This document shows positions 8,567-18,639 of a stretch of 32,000 bases of DNA, one piece after another. The position numbers and the translations under genes are program-made. Position 1 is the first letter of the stretch, and each line of letters opens with the position of its first letter. The notes under the pieces were generated by a model. The model was not told where the DNA came from. It worked only from the letters and a program-made list of their open reading frames with translations, and ran no database searches. Origin of the DNA: Rhodococcus sp. KRD197. Lineage in GTDB: Bacteria > Actinomycetota > Actinomycetes > Mycobacteriales > Mycobacteriaceae. The stretch lies in NCBI RefSeq assembly GCF_050320385.1, contig NZ_CP190355.1, one strand, 5' to 3'.

Positions 8567-9769
8567 TTGGAACACGTGTATGCGCAGGTAGAACGGACAA
8601 AGCGGACTCGTTGGTTGTTGCTGGCGGCGATCGCGGCGGTGGCAGCTCTGATCGCCGGGTGCACCATCGGCGATAGCGGCACGTCCCCGGGTGGTGCAGG
8701 CCCGAGCGCTGAGGCGTCCCCCGTGGCCGTGGTAACCCAGAACCCGGCAGCCGGAGCCGTCGACGTCAGCCCCGTCGCCCCGATCTCGGTGACGGTGACA
8801 GACGGAACATTGCGTGAGATCGCGCTCACCAATCCCGACGGCAAGCTCGTGCAGGGAGAGTTGGCACCGAAGCAGGCGTCGTACACCATCACCGAACCCC
8901 TCGGGTACGGCTCGACGTACACCTGGACCGGCACCGCCGTCGGCACCGACGGCAAGACCGTCCCGGTGGACGGCAGCTTCACCACGGTCACTCCTGAGAG
9001 CCGCAGCTCGGTGAGCACCAACATCGGCGACGGTCAGGAAGTGGGGATCGCGGCGCCGATCATCCTGAAGTTCGACTCCGCGATCGAGGACAAGGCTGCC
9101 GTCGAGCAGGCGTTGACGGTGACCACCAACCCGCCGACGCCCGGCGCGTGGGCCTGGCTCCCCGATGACGGCGGCTCGCGAGTGCACTGGCGGCCGACGA
9201 ACTACTGGGCGCCGGGCACGACGGTGTCGGTGGTCGCGAAACTGTACGGCGTCGATTACGGCGGCGGGGTGTACGGCGCTGACGATGTGACGCTGGACTT
9301 CTCGATCGGCCGCAGTCAGGTAGTCATCGCCGACGCCACGAGCCATCGCATGCTGGTGGTCCGTGACGGTCAGACGATCTTGGACATCCCGGTCAGCTAC
9401 GGCGAGGGCAACGAGGACCGCAACGTCACTCGGAGCGGCATTCACGTGGTGACCGAGAAGCACGAGGATTTTCTGATGTCGAACCCGCCGTACTACGAGA
9501 ACGTGCGTGAACGCTGGGCCGTCCGTATCTCCAACAACGGCGAGTTCATTCACGCGAACCCGTTGACGACGGGGGTGCAGGGCGCCTCCAACGTCACCAA
9601 CGGGTGCATCAATCTCTCCGACGCCGATGCCCAGGAGTATTTCCAGACTGCGCTGTACGGCGACCCGGTGGAAGTGTCCGGAACTCGGATCGACCTGTCC
9701 GCGGCCGACGGCGACCTCTACGACTGGGCCATCGACTGGCCGACGTGGGAGTCGATGTCGGCGTTGTAG
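8567..9769 (+). CDS. L,D-transpeptidase lipoprotein (LprQ/Ldt family)
   Basis: A lipobox LIAGC follows a basic, hydrophobic signal sequence. The YkuD catalytic region is [10 protein letters not shown]...FIHANP...[11 protein letters not shown]. The start is TTG 8567 or GTG 8576. Confidence 0.85.
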   Translation: MEHVYAQVERTKRTRWLLLAAIAAVAALIAGCTIGDSGTSPGGAGPSAEASPVAVVTQNPAAGAVDVSPVAPISVTVTDGTLREIALTNPDGKLVQGELAPKQASYTITEPLGYGSTYTWTGTAVGTDGKTVPVDGSFTTVTPESRSSVSTNIGDGQEVGIAAPIILKFDSAIEDKAAVEQALTVTTNPPTPGAWAWLPDDGGSRVHWRPTNYWAPGTTVSVVAKLYGVDYGGGVYGADDVTLDFSIGRSQVVIADATSHRMLVVRDGQTILDIPVSYGEGNEDRNVTRSGIHVVTEKHEDFLMSNPPYYENVRERWAVRISNNGEFIHANPLTTGVQGASNVTNGCINLSDADAQEYFQTALYGDPVEVSGTRIDLSAADGDLYDWAIDWPTWESMSAL

Positions 9770-9787
9770 GCGCCGCTAGGCGCCTAC
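9766..9787. terminator. Short hairpin spanning both convergent stop codons
   Basis: GTAGGCGC (9766-9773) pairs with GCGCCTAC (9780-9787). TAGGCGCC also occurs as a direct repeat at 9767 and 9777. TAG 9767-9769 ends the Ldt gene and CTA 9784-9786 is the SDR stop. Confidence 0.35.
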
Positions 9788-10539
9788 GTGCGGGCGAAGC
9801 GCCCCGGACCGGCCTGATCGCGCGGCTTGATGATGATCTGGTCCAGGTTGACGTGCGAGGGCCGGGAAGCGACGAAGCCGATGACCTCGGCGATATCGCT
9901 CGCCACGAGCGGGGTGATGCCCTGGTAGACCGCCCCGGCCTTGGACTCGTCCCCATCGAAGCGCACCAGTGAGAACTCGGTCTCCACGGCGCCAGGCGCA
10001 ATTTCTGTCAGCCGAACGGGCTTGCCGAGCAGTTCGCCGCGCAGCGTCCGGTGCAGCACCGCCTGCGCGTGTTTGGCGGAGGTATAGCCCGAGCCGTTGT
10101 CGTACGCCTCGAACGCGGCCACCGACGTCACCGTCACGATCAGTCCGTCACCGGAGTCGATGAGCTTGGGTAGCAGAGCCTTGGTCACGCGCAGCGTGCC
10201 GAGCACGTTGGTCTCCCACATCCAGCGCCAGTCGTCGAGATCTGCATCGATGACGGGAGCGAGCCCCTTGGCGCCGCCGGCATTGTTGATCAAAACGTGC
10301 ACCCGAGGAATGACGGAGGTGAAGGCTGCCACCGAATCCTCGTCGGTGACGTCGAGTTGCAGAGCGGTGCCGCCGATCTCGTCGGCAAGCTTTTCGAGCC
10401 GGTCGACGCGACGGGCACCGATGACGACGTGGTAGCCCTGCTCGGCAAGCTGGCGAGCGGTGGCCTCGCCGATGCCCGAGCTGGCTCCGGTGACGACGGC
10501 TATGCGGGCGTCGGGGGAGATTTGTTCTGACAATGCCAT
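9784..10539 (-). CDS. Short-chain dehydrogenase/reductase (Rv0484c-like)
   Basis: TGASSGIG cofactor motif, NNAG and catalytic YTSAKHA (YxxxK) are present. The start is at ATG 10539 (MALSEQ). Confidence 0.85.
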   Translation of the reverse strand: MALSEQISPDARIAVVTGASSGIGEATARQLAEQGYHVVIGARRVDRLEKLADEIGGTALQLDVTDEDSVAAFTSVIPRVHVLINNAGGAKGLAPVIDADLDDWRWMWETNVLGTLRVTKALLPKLIDSGDGLIVTVTSVAAFEAYDNGSGYTSAKHAQAVLHRTLRGELLGKPVRLTEIAPGAVETEFSLVRFDGDESKAGAVYQGITPLVASDIAEVIGFVASRPSHVNLDQIIIKPRDQAGPGRFART

Positions 10540-10588
10540 GCCGGAGATCTTAGTCCCGGCTGCAGGTGCGCCGGGGTCACCGTCCATC

Positions 10589-11434
10589 ATGAACGTCATG
10601 GCACAAACAGGACCGGTACGGCAGGCGCAGGGCATCGACGGGGCGAACATCGTCTACCGAGTATCGGGCGATCCATCTCACCGGCCGCTTGTGCTGGTGC
10701 ACGGATGGGCGCAGTCGTCGGCATGCTGGGGCGATGCACTCCTCGCCGAATTGGCGACGAGGTTCCGCGTGATTGCGGTGGATCTTCGTGGGCACGGCTA
10801 CTCCGATGCGCCGGAAAGCGGATACGCGGACTCCGCGATCTGGGCCGGCGACGTGCATGCAGTGTTGACCGCGGAGGACATCACCGCCGACGCAGTACTG
10901 CTCGGCTGGTCCTACGGCGGCCTCGTCATCTGCGACTACCTCGCCGAGCACGGAACCGACGCGGTGGCGGGTCTGGTGTTGGTCGGTGCCATCACCAGCA
11001 TCGGCCGCGGCGAGGCCGGGGGACGCGTCGGCACAGCCATGCGCGCGGCGATCCCCGGGGCGATGGCCGAGGAGCCGCGTATCGCGATCAAGGCGCTCGG
11101 CAGCTTCGGGCTCGCGCTGACCGGCCCGGTAGAGGGAAAGGGTGCGCAGGCACAGGCCCTGTTCGGCGCCACACTGTCCACAGCTCCCCGTGTTCGCGCA
11201 GCCTTGTTCGATCGCACGGCCTCGCACGACGACGTGTTGAGCGCGCTGGACGTGCCGACACTCGTGCTGCACGGCACCGAGGACACCGTCGTCGACGTCG
11301 CTGCCGGACGGCACGCTGCGTCGCTGATCCCGCAGGTCACCGAGTCGTACTGGGAGGGCGTCGACCACGGTCCGTTCGTCGCCGACCCCGACCGCTTCGC
11401 GCGTGAGGTATCGGACTTCGTCGAGGGGCTGTGA
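10589..11434 (+). CDS. Alpha/beta hydrolase
   Basis: An HGW oxyanion region (LVLVHGWAQS), a nucleophile elbow GWSYGG and a C-terminal DHGPF are present. The start is ATG 10589 or 10598. Confidence 0.8.
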   Translation: MNVMAQTGPVRQAQGIDGANIVYRVSGDPSHRPLVLVHGWAQSSACWGDALLAELATRFRVIAVDLRGHGYSDAPESGYADSAIWAGDVHAVLTAEDITADAVLLGWSYGGLVICDYLAEHGTDAVAGLVLVGAITSIGRGEAGGRVGTAMRAAIPGAMAEEPRIAIKALGSFGLALTGPVEGKGAQAQALFGATLSTAPRVRAALFDRTASHDDVLSALDVPTLVLHGTEDTVVDVAAGRHAASLIPQVTESYWEGVDHGPFVADPDRFAREVSDFVEGL

Positions 11435-11453
11435 ACGTCCGTAGGGTGGGAGA

Positions 11454-12794
11454 GTGCAGACTGGAACGGTGAGTGATCGCCAGTTGAACCGGGTCGCGGT
11501 GCTGTCTTTGCATACCTCCCCGCTGGCCCAGCCCGGGATGGGGGATGCGGGCGGGATGAACGTCTACGTTCTCCAGAGCGCGAAAGAACTGGCCAGACGC
11601 GGTATCGAGGTGGAGATCTTCACCCGCGCCACGTCCTCGTCGGACGAGCCGGTGCGCGAGGCAGCCCCCGGCGTTCTGGTGCGCAATATCGTGGCCGGCC
11701 CCTTCGAGGGCCTCGAGAAACAGGATCTGCCGACGCAACTCTGTGCGTTCGCTGCGGGCGTTCTCCGCGAGGAAGCGCGCCACGCCACCGGTTACTACGA
11801 CATCATCCATTCGCACTACTGGCTCTCGGGCCAGGTCGGTTGGTTGGCTCGCGATCGGTGGGGCGTGCCGCTGGTACACACGGCCCACACACTCGCAGCC
11901 GTGAAGAACGCATCTCTCGCAGTAGGGGACGCCCCGGAACCGGCAGCACGGCAGATCGGTGAGCAGCAGGTCGTCGCCGAAGCGGACCGCCTCATCGCCA
12001 ACACCGCCGAAGAGGCGAAGCAGCTCATCGAGATCTACGGCGCGTTGCCCGATGCCATCGACGTCGTCGCACCGGGCGCTGACCTGAGTCGGTACCGTCC
12101 CGGAGACAAGCTCGCTGCCCGCGCCGAATTCGGCATCGATCCGCGCGAGACCGTCGTGGCGTTCGTCGGCCGAATCCAACCGTTGAAGGCGCCCGACGTG
12201 CTGCTGCGCGCCGCCGCGGAACTGCTCGTGCGTGAGCCGGGCATACCGCTGCGTGTCCTTGTCGTCGGAGGACCGTCGGGAAGTGGTCTCGACCGGCCTG
12301 ACAGTCTCATCGAACTCGCCGCCGAGCTGGGCATCACTGCGCGCGTGACGTTCTTGCCGCCGCAGCCGTCCGAGAAGCTGGTGCAGATCTACCGGGCCGC
12401 CGATGTGGTGGCTGTCCCCAGCTACAACGAGTCGTTCGGGCTGGTCGCCATCGAAGCCCAGGCGAGCGGTACCCCGGTGATCGCGGCCGATGTCGGCGGG
12501 CTCGGCGTGGCCGTACGGTCGCGCGAGACCGGGGTGCTGGTTCAGGGCCATCGAACCGAGGATTGGGCTACGGCATTGTCGGCGATGGTTCGCGACCGCG
12601 AAGCTTTGGCCCGGATGGCTTCCGCTGCACCCGAACACGCCGCGGACTTCTCCTGGGAGCACACCGCCGAGGGCCTTATCGGAAGCTACCGTGCCGCGAA
12701 ATCGCATTTCGACCGGCATGAGGCGCCGAGTGAATTCTCGCCCCGGCGCACGCGCGGTCTTTCGAAGCTACGACGAAAAGGAGTCACTGCATGA
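11454..12794 (+). CDS. mshA: D-inositol-3-phosphate glycosyltransferase (mycothiol biosynthesis)
   Basis: The N-terminus [26 protein letters not shown] is typical of MshA, with a GT4 C-terminal fold ([21 protein letters not shown]). The start is GTG 11454, preceded by GGGTGGGAGAG. Confidence 0.9.
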   Translation: MQTGTVSDRQLNRVAVLSLHTSPLAQPGMGDAGGMNVYVLQSAKELARRGIEVEIFTRATSSSDEPVREAAPGVLVRNIVAGPFEGLEKQDLPTQLCAFAAGVLREEARHATGYYDIIHSHYWLSGQVGWLARDRWGVPLVHTAHTLAAVKNASLAVGDAPEPAARQIGEQQVVAEADRLIANTAEEAKQLIEIYGALPDAIDVVAPGADLSRYRPGDKLAARAEFGIDPRETVVAFVGRIQPLKAPDVLLRAAAELLVREPGIPLRVLVVGGPSGSGLDRPDSLIELAAELGITARVTFLPPQPSEKLVQIYRAADVVAVPSYNESFGLVAIEAQASGTPVIAADVGGLGVAVRSRETGVLVQGHRTEDWATALSAMVRDREALARMASAAPEHAADFSWEHTAEGLIGSYRAAKSHFDRHEAPSEFSPRRTRGLSKLRRKGVTA

Positions 12795-13273
12795 GCGAGA
12801 CTGTCACACTCATCGACTCGATTTTGAGCGAACGTGGGCTCGATTACCAACGCAAAGGCGAGAACTCGTTCGTAGTCGAATTGCCCGGCGAGCGCAAACT
12901 GAAGACGACGACGATGCTGACAGTCGGCCATCACGGAGTCCGCATCGAGGCGTTCGTGTGCCGCAAACCCGACGAGAACTTCGAGGGTGTCTACCGGTAC
13001 CTGCTCCGACGCAATCGCAGGCTCTACGGCGTCCACTACACCATCGACAAGGTCGGCGACATCTATCTCGTCGGACGCCTGTCGCTGCATGCGGTGACGG
13101 GTGACGAAATCGACCGCATCCTCGGGCAGGTGCTCGAGGCCGCCGACGGCGACTTCAACATGCTGCTCGAACTCGGTTTCGCCGAGTCCATCAAACGGGA
13201 ATGGGCCTGGCGCGTGTCCCGCGGTGAATCTCTGGCCAACCTCCAGGCATTCGAGCATCTCATCTCCTCGTGA
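12791..13273 (+). CDS. YbjN-domain protein (Rv0487-like)
   Basis: There is an ATGA overlap with the mshA stop (12791-12794). At 160 aa, its position after mshA matches the mycobacterial arrangement as I recall it. Confidence 0.7.
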   Translation: MSETVTLIDSILSERGLDYQRKGENSFVVELPGERKLKTTTMLTVGHHGVRIEAFVCRKPDENFEGVYRYLLRRNRRLYGVHYTIDKVGDIYLVGRLSLHAVTGDEIDRILGQVLEAADGDFNMLLELGFAESIKREWAWRVSRGESLANLQAFEHLISS

Positions 13274-13371
13274 GCTGAAAATATGCGGACATCCCGAGCT
13301 GGGGGTAGCGTCCGCTCTCAGAGAAAACTGGTCGCGCACGAATACGGCTCGTTCACGAGGCGGGTACACCC

Positions 13372-13399
13372 GTCTGCACAACACCTGTCTGGACAACAC
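13372..13399 (+). repeat. Tandem 13-bp direct repeat in the leader or promoter of the BMP transporter operon
   Basis: GTCTGCACAACAC (13372-13384) and GTCTGGACAACAC (13387-13399) match at 12 of 13 positions with a 15-bp period. The repeat ends 1 nt before the GGAGGA Shine-Dalgarno at 13401-13406. Confidence 0.5.
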
Positions 13400-13410
13400 T
13401 GGAGGAACCT

Positions 13411-14520
13411 TTGACCGTCACCCGTCTACAGAGTCGGACGTTGTTCTCCCGGAAGGTGACGGTGAGCGGAATTGCCTCGCTCGGTGCACTCGCACTCGTC
13501 GCCGGCTGCGGTTCGGCACCCGAGGACAGTGAATCCGGAGCCGAGACCACTGCTTCCTCAGATTTCAAGCCGTGCATGGTCTCCGACGCCGGCGGGTTCG
13601 ACGACAAATCCTTCAACCAGCTCAGCTTCGAAGGTCTGACCGAGGCCTCCGACGCATTGGGGGTCGAGCCGATCACGGTCGAGTCCGCTTCTCCGACGGA
13701 CTACAACCCCAACATCTCCAACCTGATCGATCAGGGCTGCTCACTGATCCTTACGGTCGGTTTCGATCTCGCCGACGCGACGAAGGCTGCGGCAGAGGCC
13801 AACTCGGACATCGACTTCGCGATCATCGACGATGCCAGCATCGACCTGCCCAACGTCAAGCCGCTCACCTACGACGCCGCGCAGTCCGCGTTCCTCGTGG
13901 GTTATGCAGCGGCCAGCTACTCCGAGACCGGTGTGGTGGGAACGTTCGGTGGCTCCCAGCTCCCGACTGTCACCATCTTCATGGACGGATTCGCCGACGG
14001 CGTCGCGTACTTCAACGAGAGCAAGGGCGAGGACGTTCGCGTCATCGGTTGGGACGTCGCAGCCCAGAACGGTTCGTTCACCGGTGGATTCGAGGCCAAC
14101 GCCGTCGCGAAGAACACAGCGCAGGCGCTCATCGATCAGAACGCCGACGTGGTGTTCCCCGTCGGTGGGCCGATCTATCAGAGTGCGGCGCAGGCGATTC
14201 GCGACTCCTCGCGTCCAGTCGCGCTGATCGGCGCGGACGCCGATGTCTTCGAATCCGACCCGTCGGTGGGCGACCTCGTGCTCACCTCGGCGATGAAGGG
14301 TCTGAAGGAGAGCGTCGACGAGGTGGTGACCACCTCGGGCAGCGACGAGTTCGACAACTCGCCCTACGTAGGCACACTCGAGAACGAAGGCGTCGGTATC
14401 GCCCCGTTCCACGATTTCGAGTCGAAGGTCGACCCGGCACTGCAGGACGAGCTGGACGAGATCGAAGCCGGCATCATCGACGGTTCCATCACCGTCGAGT
14501 CGCCCTCTTCACCCAACTGA
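13411..14520 (+). CDS. BMP-family (PnrA/Med-like) ABC transporter substrate-binding lipoprotein, probably for nucleosides
   Basis: A lipobox LVAGCGS follows a signal peptide. The body (DAGGFDDKSFNQ, GTFGG, VFPVGG) is typical of basic membrane protein family binders. The start is TTG 13411, after GGAGGA. Confidence 0.8.
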   Translation: MTVTRLQSRTLFSRKVTVSGIASLGALALVAGCGSAPEDSESGAETTASSDFKPCMVSDAGGFDDKSFNQLSFEGLTEASDALGVEPITVESASPTDYNPNISNLIDQGCSLILTVGFDLADATKAAAEANSDIDFAIIDDASIDLPNVKPLTYDAAQSAFLVGYAAASYSETGVVGTFGGSQLPTVTIFMDGFADGVAYFNESKGEDVRVIGWDVAAQNGSFTGGFEANAVAKNTAQALIDQNADVVFPVGGPIYQSAAQAIRDSSRPVALIGADADVFESDPSVGDLVLTSAMKGLKESVDEVVTTSGSDEFDNSPYVGTLENEGVGIAPFHDFESKVDPALQDELDEIEAGIIDGSITVESPSSPN

Positions 14521-14524
14521 GTAC

Positions 14525-16024
14525 ATGAAGCTCGAACTGCGGGGCATCACCAAGCGGTTCGGATCTCTCGTCGCCAACGATTCGATCGATCTAGTGGTGG
14601 AATCGGGCGAGATCCACTGTTTGCTCGGTGAGAACGGTGCCGGCAAGTCGACGTTGATGAATGTTCTCAGCGGCCTCTATCGGGCCGAGGAGGGCGAGAT
14701 TCTTCTCGACGGCGTGCAGCAGCATTTCGCCGGCCCGGGAGATGCGATGACCGCCGGAATCGGCATGGTGCATCAGCACTTCATGCTTATTCCGGTGTTC
14801 ACGGTCGCGGAGAACATCATCCTCGGCCACGAGACGACCCGTGCAGGTGGCCGGCTCGATCTCGACGCGGCTCGAAAGTTGGTGCGGGAGATATCCTCTC
14901 GGTTCGGGTTCGAGCTCGATCCCGACGCCAAGGTCGAGGATCTCCCCGTCGGCGTGCAGCAGCGCGTCGAGATCATCAAGGCCATAGGACGCAACGCTGA
15001 AGTGCTGGTGTTCGACGAGCCCACCGCGGTACTCACCCCGCAGGAAACCGACGACCTCATGGCGATCATGCGTGAGCTGGCCGAGTCGGGCACCACCATC
15101 GTCTTCATCACGCACAAACTGCGTGAAGTGCGTGAGGTGGCCGATCGGATCACCGTCATCCGGCTCGGCAAGGTGGTCGGCGAAGCGGAACCGTCCGCGA
15201 GCAACGCCGAACTCGCGGCGCTGATGGTCGGACGCGACGTGCAGCTCACGGTGTCGAAGGAACCGGCGCAGCCCGGCGGGACAGCACTCGAGGTCCGGAA
15301 CCTGACGGTGTTCGACTCGAACGGGCACAAGGTGGTCGACGATGTCAGCTTCGACGTGCACGCCGGGGAAATTCTCGCCATCGCCGGTGTGCAGGGCAAC
15401 GGCCAGAGCGAGTTGGTCGAGGCGCTTCTCGGCGCTCGCAAACAGGTGACCGGTGACATTGTTCTCGACGGCAACTCGCTCGTCGGGTCCTCGGTGCACG
15501 AGGTGCTTAGGGCGGGCGTCGGCTTCGTCCCCGAGGACCGCAAGACCCAGGGCCTCGTCGGCGAATTCTCGATCGCCGAGAACCTGATGTTGGACAGATC
15601 GACAGGTGAGCCTTTCGTGCGGCACGGGGCTATCCAACGGGAGACTCTCGATACGTTCGCTGTGGAGAAGGTGCAGGAGTTCGACGTCCGCGCCCCCGGA
15701 ATCGACACCCCGGTGGGTCGGCTGTCCGGTGGAAATCAGCAGAAGGTGGTGCTCGCCCGCGAACTGAGCCGAGAGCTGAGGCTGTTCGTGGCCTCGCAAC
15801 CGACCCGCGGAATCGACGTCGGATCGATCGAATTCGTACACAAGCGGATCGTCGCGACCCGGGACTCGGGTGTCCCGGTCATCGTGGTGTCCAGTGAACT
15901 CGACGAGGTCGCGGCCCTCGCCGACCGCATTGCCGTCATGTACCGGGGGACCATCGTCGGCATCGTGCCGGCTCAGACGTCCCGCGAGGTTCTCGGAATG
16001 ATGATGGGTGGAGAACATGACTGA
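14525..16024 (+). CDS. ABC transporter ATP-binding protein with two fused NBDs (CUT2 type)
   Basis: Walker A GENGAGKST, Walker B VLVFDEPT, and a second-half signature LSGGNQQK with VIVVSSELDE are present. Confidence 0.9.
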   Translation: MKLELRGITKRFGSLVANDSIDLVVESGEIHCLLGENGAGKSTLMNVLSGLYRAEEGEILLDGVQQHFAGPGDAMTAGIGMVHQHFMLIPVFTVAENIILGHETTRAGGRLDLDAARKLVREISSRFGFELDPDAKVEDLPVGVQQRVEIIKAIGRNAEVLVFDEPTAVLTPQETDDLMAIMRELAESGTTIVFITHKLREVREVADRITVIRLGKVVGEAEPSASNAELAALMVGRDVQLTVSKEPAQPGGTALEVRNLTVFDSNGHKVVDDVSFDVHAGEILAIAGVQGNGQSELVEALLGARKQVTGDIVLDGNSLVGSSVHEVLRAGVGFVPEDRKTQGLVGEFSIAENLMLDRSTGEPFVRHGAIQRETLDTFAVEKVQEFDVRAPGIDTPVGRLSGGNQQKVVLARELSRELRLFVASQPTRGIDVGSIEFVHKRIVATRDSGVPVIVVSSELDEVAALADRIAVMYRGTIVGIVPAQTSREVLGMMMGGEHD

Positions 16025-17234
16025 GCCGCAGCCGTCGCGAGCACACAAGGTTCTAAGGCAGATCGTCACCGGCAACGCCATCATCTCCGTGCTCGCGGTG
16101 CTGCTCGCGGTACTCGTCGGCGCCGTCCTCATCGCGGCTACCGACGAGCAGGTGCAGGAGAGCGCTGGCTACTTCTTCTCGCGACCATCGGACATGCTTC
16201 TCGCCGTGTGGGATTCGGTATCGGGCGCCTATTCGTCGCTTTTCCAAGGGGCGGTGTACAACTTCCGCCGGCCAGGGTTCGAGAACGGCATCCGGCCGCT
16301 GATGGAGACGCTGACATTCGCGACGCCGCTGATCGTGGCCGGACTCGGTGTGGCACTGGCATTTCGGGTCGGCATGTTCAACATCGGCGGACGCGGGCAG
16401 ATGCTCATCGCGGCAGCATGTGCGGGCTGGGTCGGATTCACCTTCCAACTGCCCGCCGGGCTGCACCTCGTCCTCGCGATCGCCGCGGGCGTCATCGGCG
16501 GCGCCGTGTGGGGCGGTATTGCCGGACTTCTCAAGGCGCGCACCGGCGCCCACGAGGTGATTGTGACGATCATGCTGAACTACATCGGCTTCTACCTCGT
16601 CGCCTACCTGCTGCGGACGCCGGGAGCCCTTCAAGCCCCTGGCCAGAACAATCCGAAGACCCCGGGGATGGAATCGACGGCGGTGTTTCCGAAGCTCTTC
16701 GGCGACCAGTACAACCTCCATCTCGGTTTCGTCCTCGTGATTTTCGCGACGGTGGGTGTGTGGTGGCTGCTGGAGCGATCAGCACTCGGCTTCCGCTTCC
16801 GCGCCGTCGGGGAGAACCCCGAGGCGTCGAAGATCGCCGGTATAAACGTCAACCGCATGTACTTGTACGCGATGGTGCTTTCGGGCGCGCTGGTCGGACT
16901 CGCCGGAGTTGCGCAGGTGCTCGGCACGGTAACGACGGGGTTCGGAGCCGACATCGACGCCGGAATCGGATTCGACGCCATCACCGTGGCACTGCTGGGC
17001 CGATCCAAGCCGTGGGGAGTGTTCTTCGCGGGCATCCTGTTCGGCGGGTTCAAGGCAGGCGGCTTCGCGATGCAGGCGGCCGAAGGCATCCCGATCGACA
17101 TCGTGCTCGTCGTGCAGTCGGTCATCGTGCTCTTCATTGCTGCCCCGCCACTCGTTCGCGCGGTGTTCCGGTTGTCACCACCGGGCGCCGACAGCGCCGG
17201 TCGGCCCGAGACCGCGAAGGTAGGCGCGCTGTGA
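16017..17234 (+). CDS. ABC transporter permease
   Basis: It is multi-pass hydrophobic throughout. ATG 16017 overlaps the ATPase stop by 8 nt, and GTG 16008 is an alternative start. Confidence 0.85.
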   Translation: MTEPQPSRAHKVLRQIVTGNAIISVLAVLLAVLVGAVLIAATDEQVQESAGYFFSRPSDMLLAVWDSVSGAYSSLFQGAVYNFRRPGFENGIRPLMETLTFATPLIVAGLGVALAFRVGMFNIGGRGQMLIAAACAGWVGFTFQLPAGLHLVLAIAAGVIGGAVWGGIAGLLKARTGAHEVIVTIMLNYIGFYLVAYLLRTPGALQAPGQNNPKTPGMESTAVFPKLFGDQYNLHLGFVLVIFATVGVWWLLERSALGFRFRAVGENPEASKIAGINVNRMYLYAMVLSGALVGLAGVAQVLGTVTTGFGADIDAGIGFDAITVALLGRSKPWGVFFAGILFGGFKAGGFAMQAAEGIPIDIVLVVQSVIVLFIAAPPLVRAVFRLSPPGADSAGRPETAKVGAL

Positions 17235-18520
17235 CCGCCGTCGACAATCACACCGAGAACCATCCTGCCGCGCACAGCGAGGCATCGGCCCCCGCTCGTA
17301 GCTGGAAGGTTCCCGGCGTCCTCGGCGTCGTGACGCTGTTGGCTCTGGTTCTGTTCGTGCTCCGCGCCGAGTCGGGTACCACCACCTTCGATCTCGCCAC
17401 CGGCACCGACTTCGTGAGATTGCCCGCGGTGGGTGTCCCGACGCGCGCGACGGGCATCGTGCTGGTGGTGCTGCTGGCGATCATCACCGTGTATGCGGGA
17501 GTGAACGTGTTTCGCCGGTTGTCCACACCTGTATGGCTGCTGGCCGTGTACGGCGTGCTGTTCGTGTTCGGGTTCCTCACCTGGGCCGCGGCGGGGGCCA
17601 CTATCCCAGTGCCGGGACTGCTGATCGGAGCCGTCGCTCTGAGCACCCCGTTGATCTTCGGGGCGATGGGCGGGGTGATCTCCGAGCGCGTCGGCGTCAT
17701 CAACATCGCCATCGAAGGGCAGCTGCTCTCCGGCGCCTTCGTCAGCGCCGTGGTCGCGTCGGTGACCGGATCCACCTACGTCGCACTGCTCGCCGCCCTG
17801 ATCGCAGGAGCACTGACCGCCTCGCTGCTCGCGATGTTCTCCATCAAGTACTTCGTCAACCAGGTCATCGTCGGCGTCGTGCTCAACGTGCTGATCGTGG
17901 GATTGACGAGTTTCCTCTACTCGGTGGTGCTGACGAAGAATTCCGAGACCCTCAACTCTCCACCGCGGTTCGGGCGCATCGACATCCCGGTCCTCTCGCA
18001 GATCCCCGTCATCGGACCGGTTCTGTTTCAGCAGACGTTGATCGTCTACCTGATGTACATCGCGGTCGCACTGGTGTGGTTCGGTCTCTTCCGCAGCAAG
18101 TGGGGATTGCGGCTGCGTGCCGTGGGTGAGCACCCGCAGGCAGCCGACACCGTCGGTATCAATGTGGTGCGCACCAGATTCTGGAACGTCTGCCTCGCCG
18201 GAGCGATCGCGGGGCTCGGCGGCGCGTACTTCACCCTCGGCTCGGTCGGATCCTTCGGCAAGGAAATGACAGCCGGTGCGGGCTACATCGCACTCGCCGC
18301 TGTCATCTTCGGACGCTGGGACCCGGTGCGAGCGGCGTTGGCGGCCTTGCTGTTCGGGTTCGCGTCCAACCTGCAGAACGTGCTGGGCATCATCGGATCA
18401 CCGGTGCCGAGCGAGTTCATGCTGATGCTTCCGTACGTGGTGACGATCTTCGCCGTCGCAGGCTTGGTGGGGCATGTGCGCGCCCCGGCAGCTGCGGGCA
18501 AACCCTACGTGAAATCGTAA
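17231..18520 (+). CDS. ABC transporter permease (second subunit)
   Basis: There is a GTGA overlap with the previous stop (17231-17234). Only the last 429 codons of the 770-aa track ORF are hydrophobic and permease-like. Confidence 0.85.
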   Translation: MTAVDNHTENHPAAHSEASAPARSWKVPGVLGVVTLLALVLFVLRAESGTTTFDLATGTDFVRLPAVGVPTRATGIVLVVLLAIITVYAGVNVFRRLSTPVWLLAVYGVLFVFGFLTWAAAGATIPVPGLLIGAVALSTPLIFGAMGGVISERVGVINIAIEGQLLSGAFVSAVVASVTGSTYVALLAALIAGALTASLLAMFSIKYFVNQVIVGVVLNVLIVGLTSFLYSVVLTKNSETLNSPPRFGRIDIPVLSQIPVIGPVLFQQTLIVYLMYIAVALVWFGLFRSKWGLRLRAVGEHPQAADTVGINVVRTRFWNVCLAGAIAGLGGAYFTLGSVGSFGKEMTAGAGYIALAAVIFGRWDPVRAALAALLFGFASNLQNVLGIIGSPVPSEFMLMLPYVVTIFAVAGLVGHVRAPAAAGKPYVKS

Positions 18521-18639
18521 CTTCGGCCCTGTTTCGGCCGGGGCGAAAGGGAACTGACCGGCAGGTAGGTGCCTGTCCGCTGTGATGGCTTTCACTGTAA
18601 GGTTTCACCATATTGCCGCTGCATGTTCGAAGGAGAGTA

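Noticed and set aside
7307-9553. A 748-aa ORF on the minus strand spanning the MBL/Rieske gene, the spacer and the L,D-transpeptidase gene
   Set aside because: It is antisense to two plus-strand genes with clear catalytic motifs, and it runs through their intergenic spacer. Its composition (Arg/Gly/Asp/His/Val-rich with no motifs) is the usual stop-codon-poor antisense artefact of high-GC DNA.
14591-16132. 513-aa and 311-aa minus-strand ORFs opposite the ABC ATPase gene
   Set aside because: The plus strand encodes unmistakable Walker A, Walker B and signature motifs. The antisense frames are Arg/His/Asp-rich and featureless.
16208-17230. N-terminal 341 codons of the 770-aa track ORF (16208-18520, plus strand)
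   Set aside because: This stretch is out of frame within the first permease gene and is Arg-rich. The second permease plausibly starts at GTG 17231, overlapping the first permease's stop.
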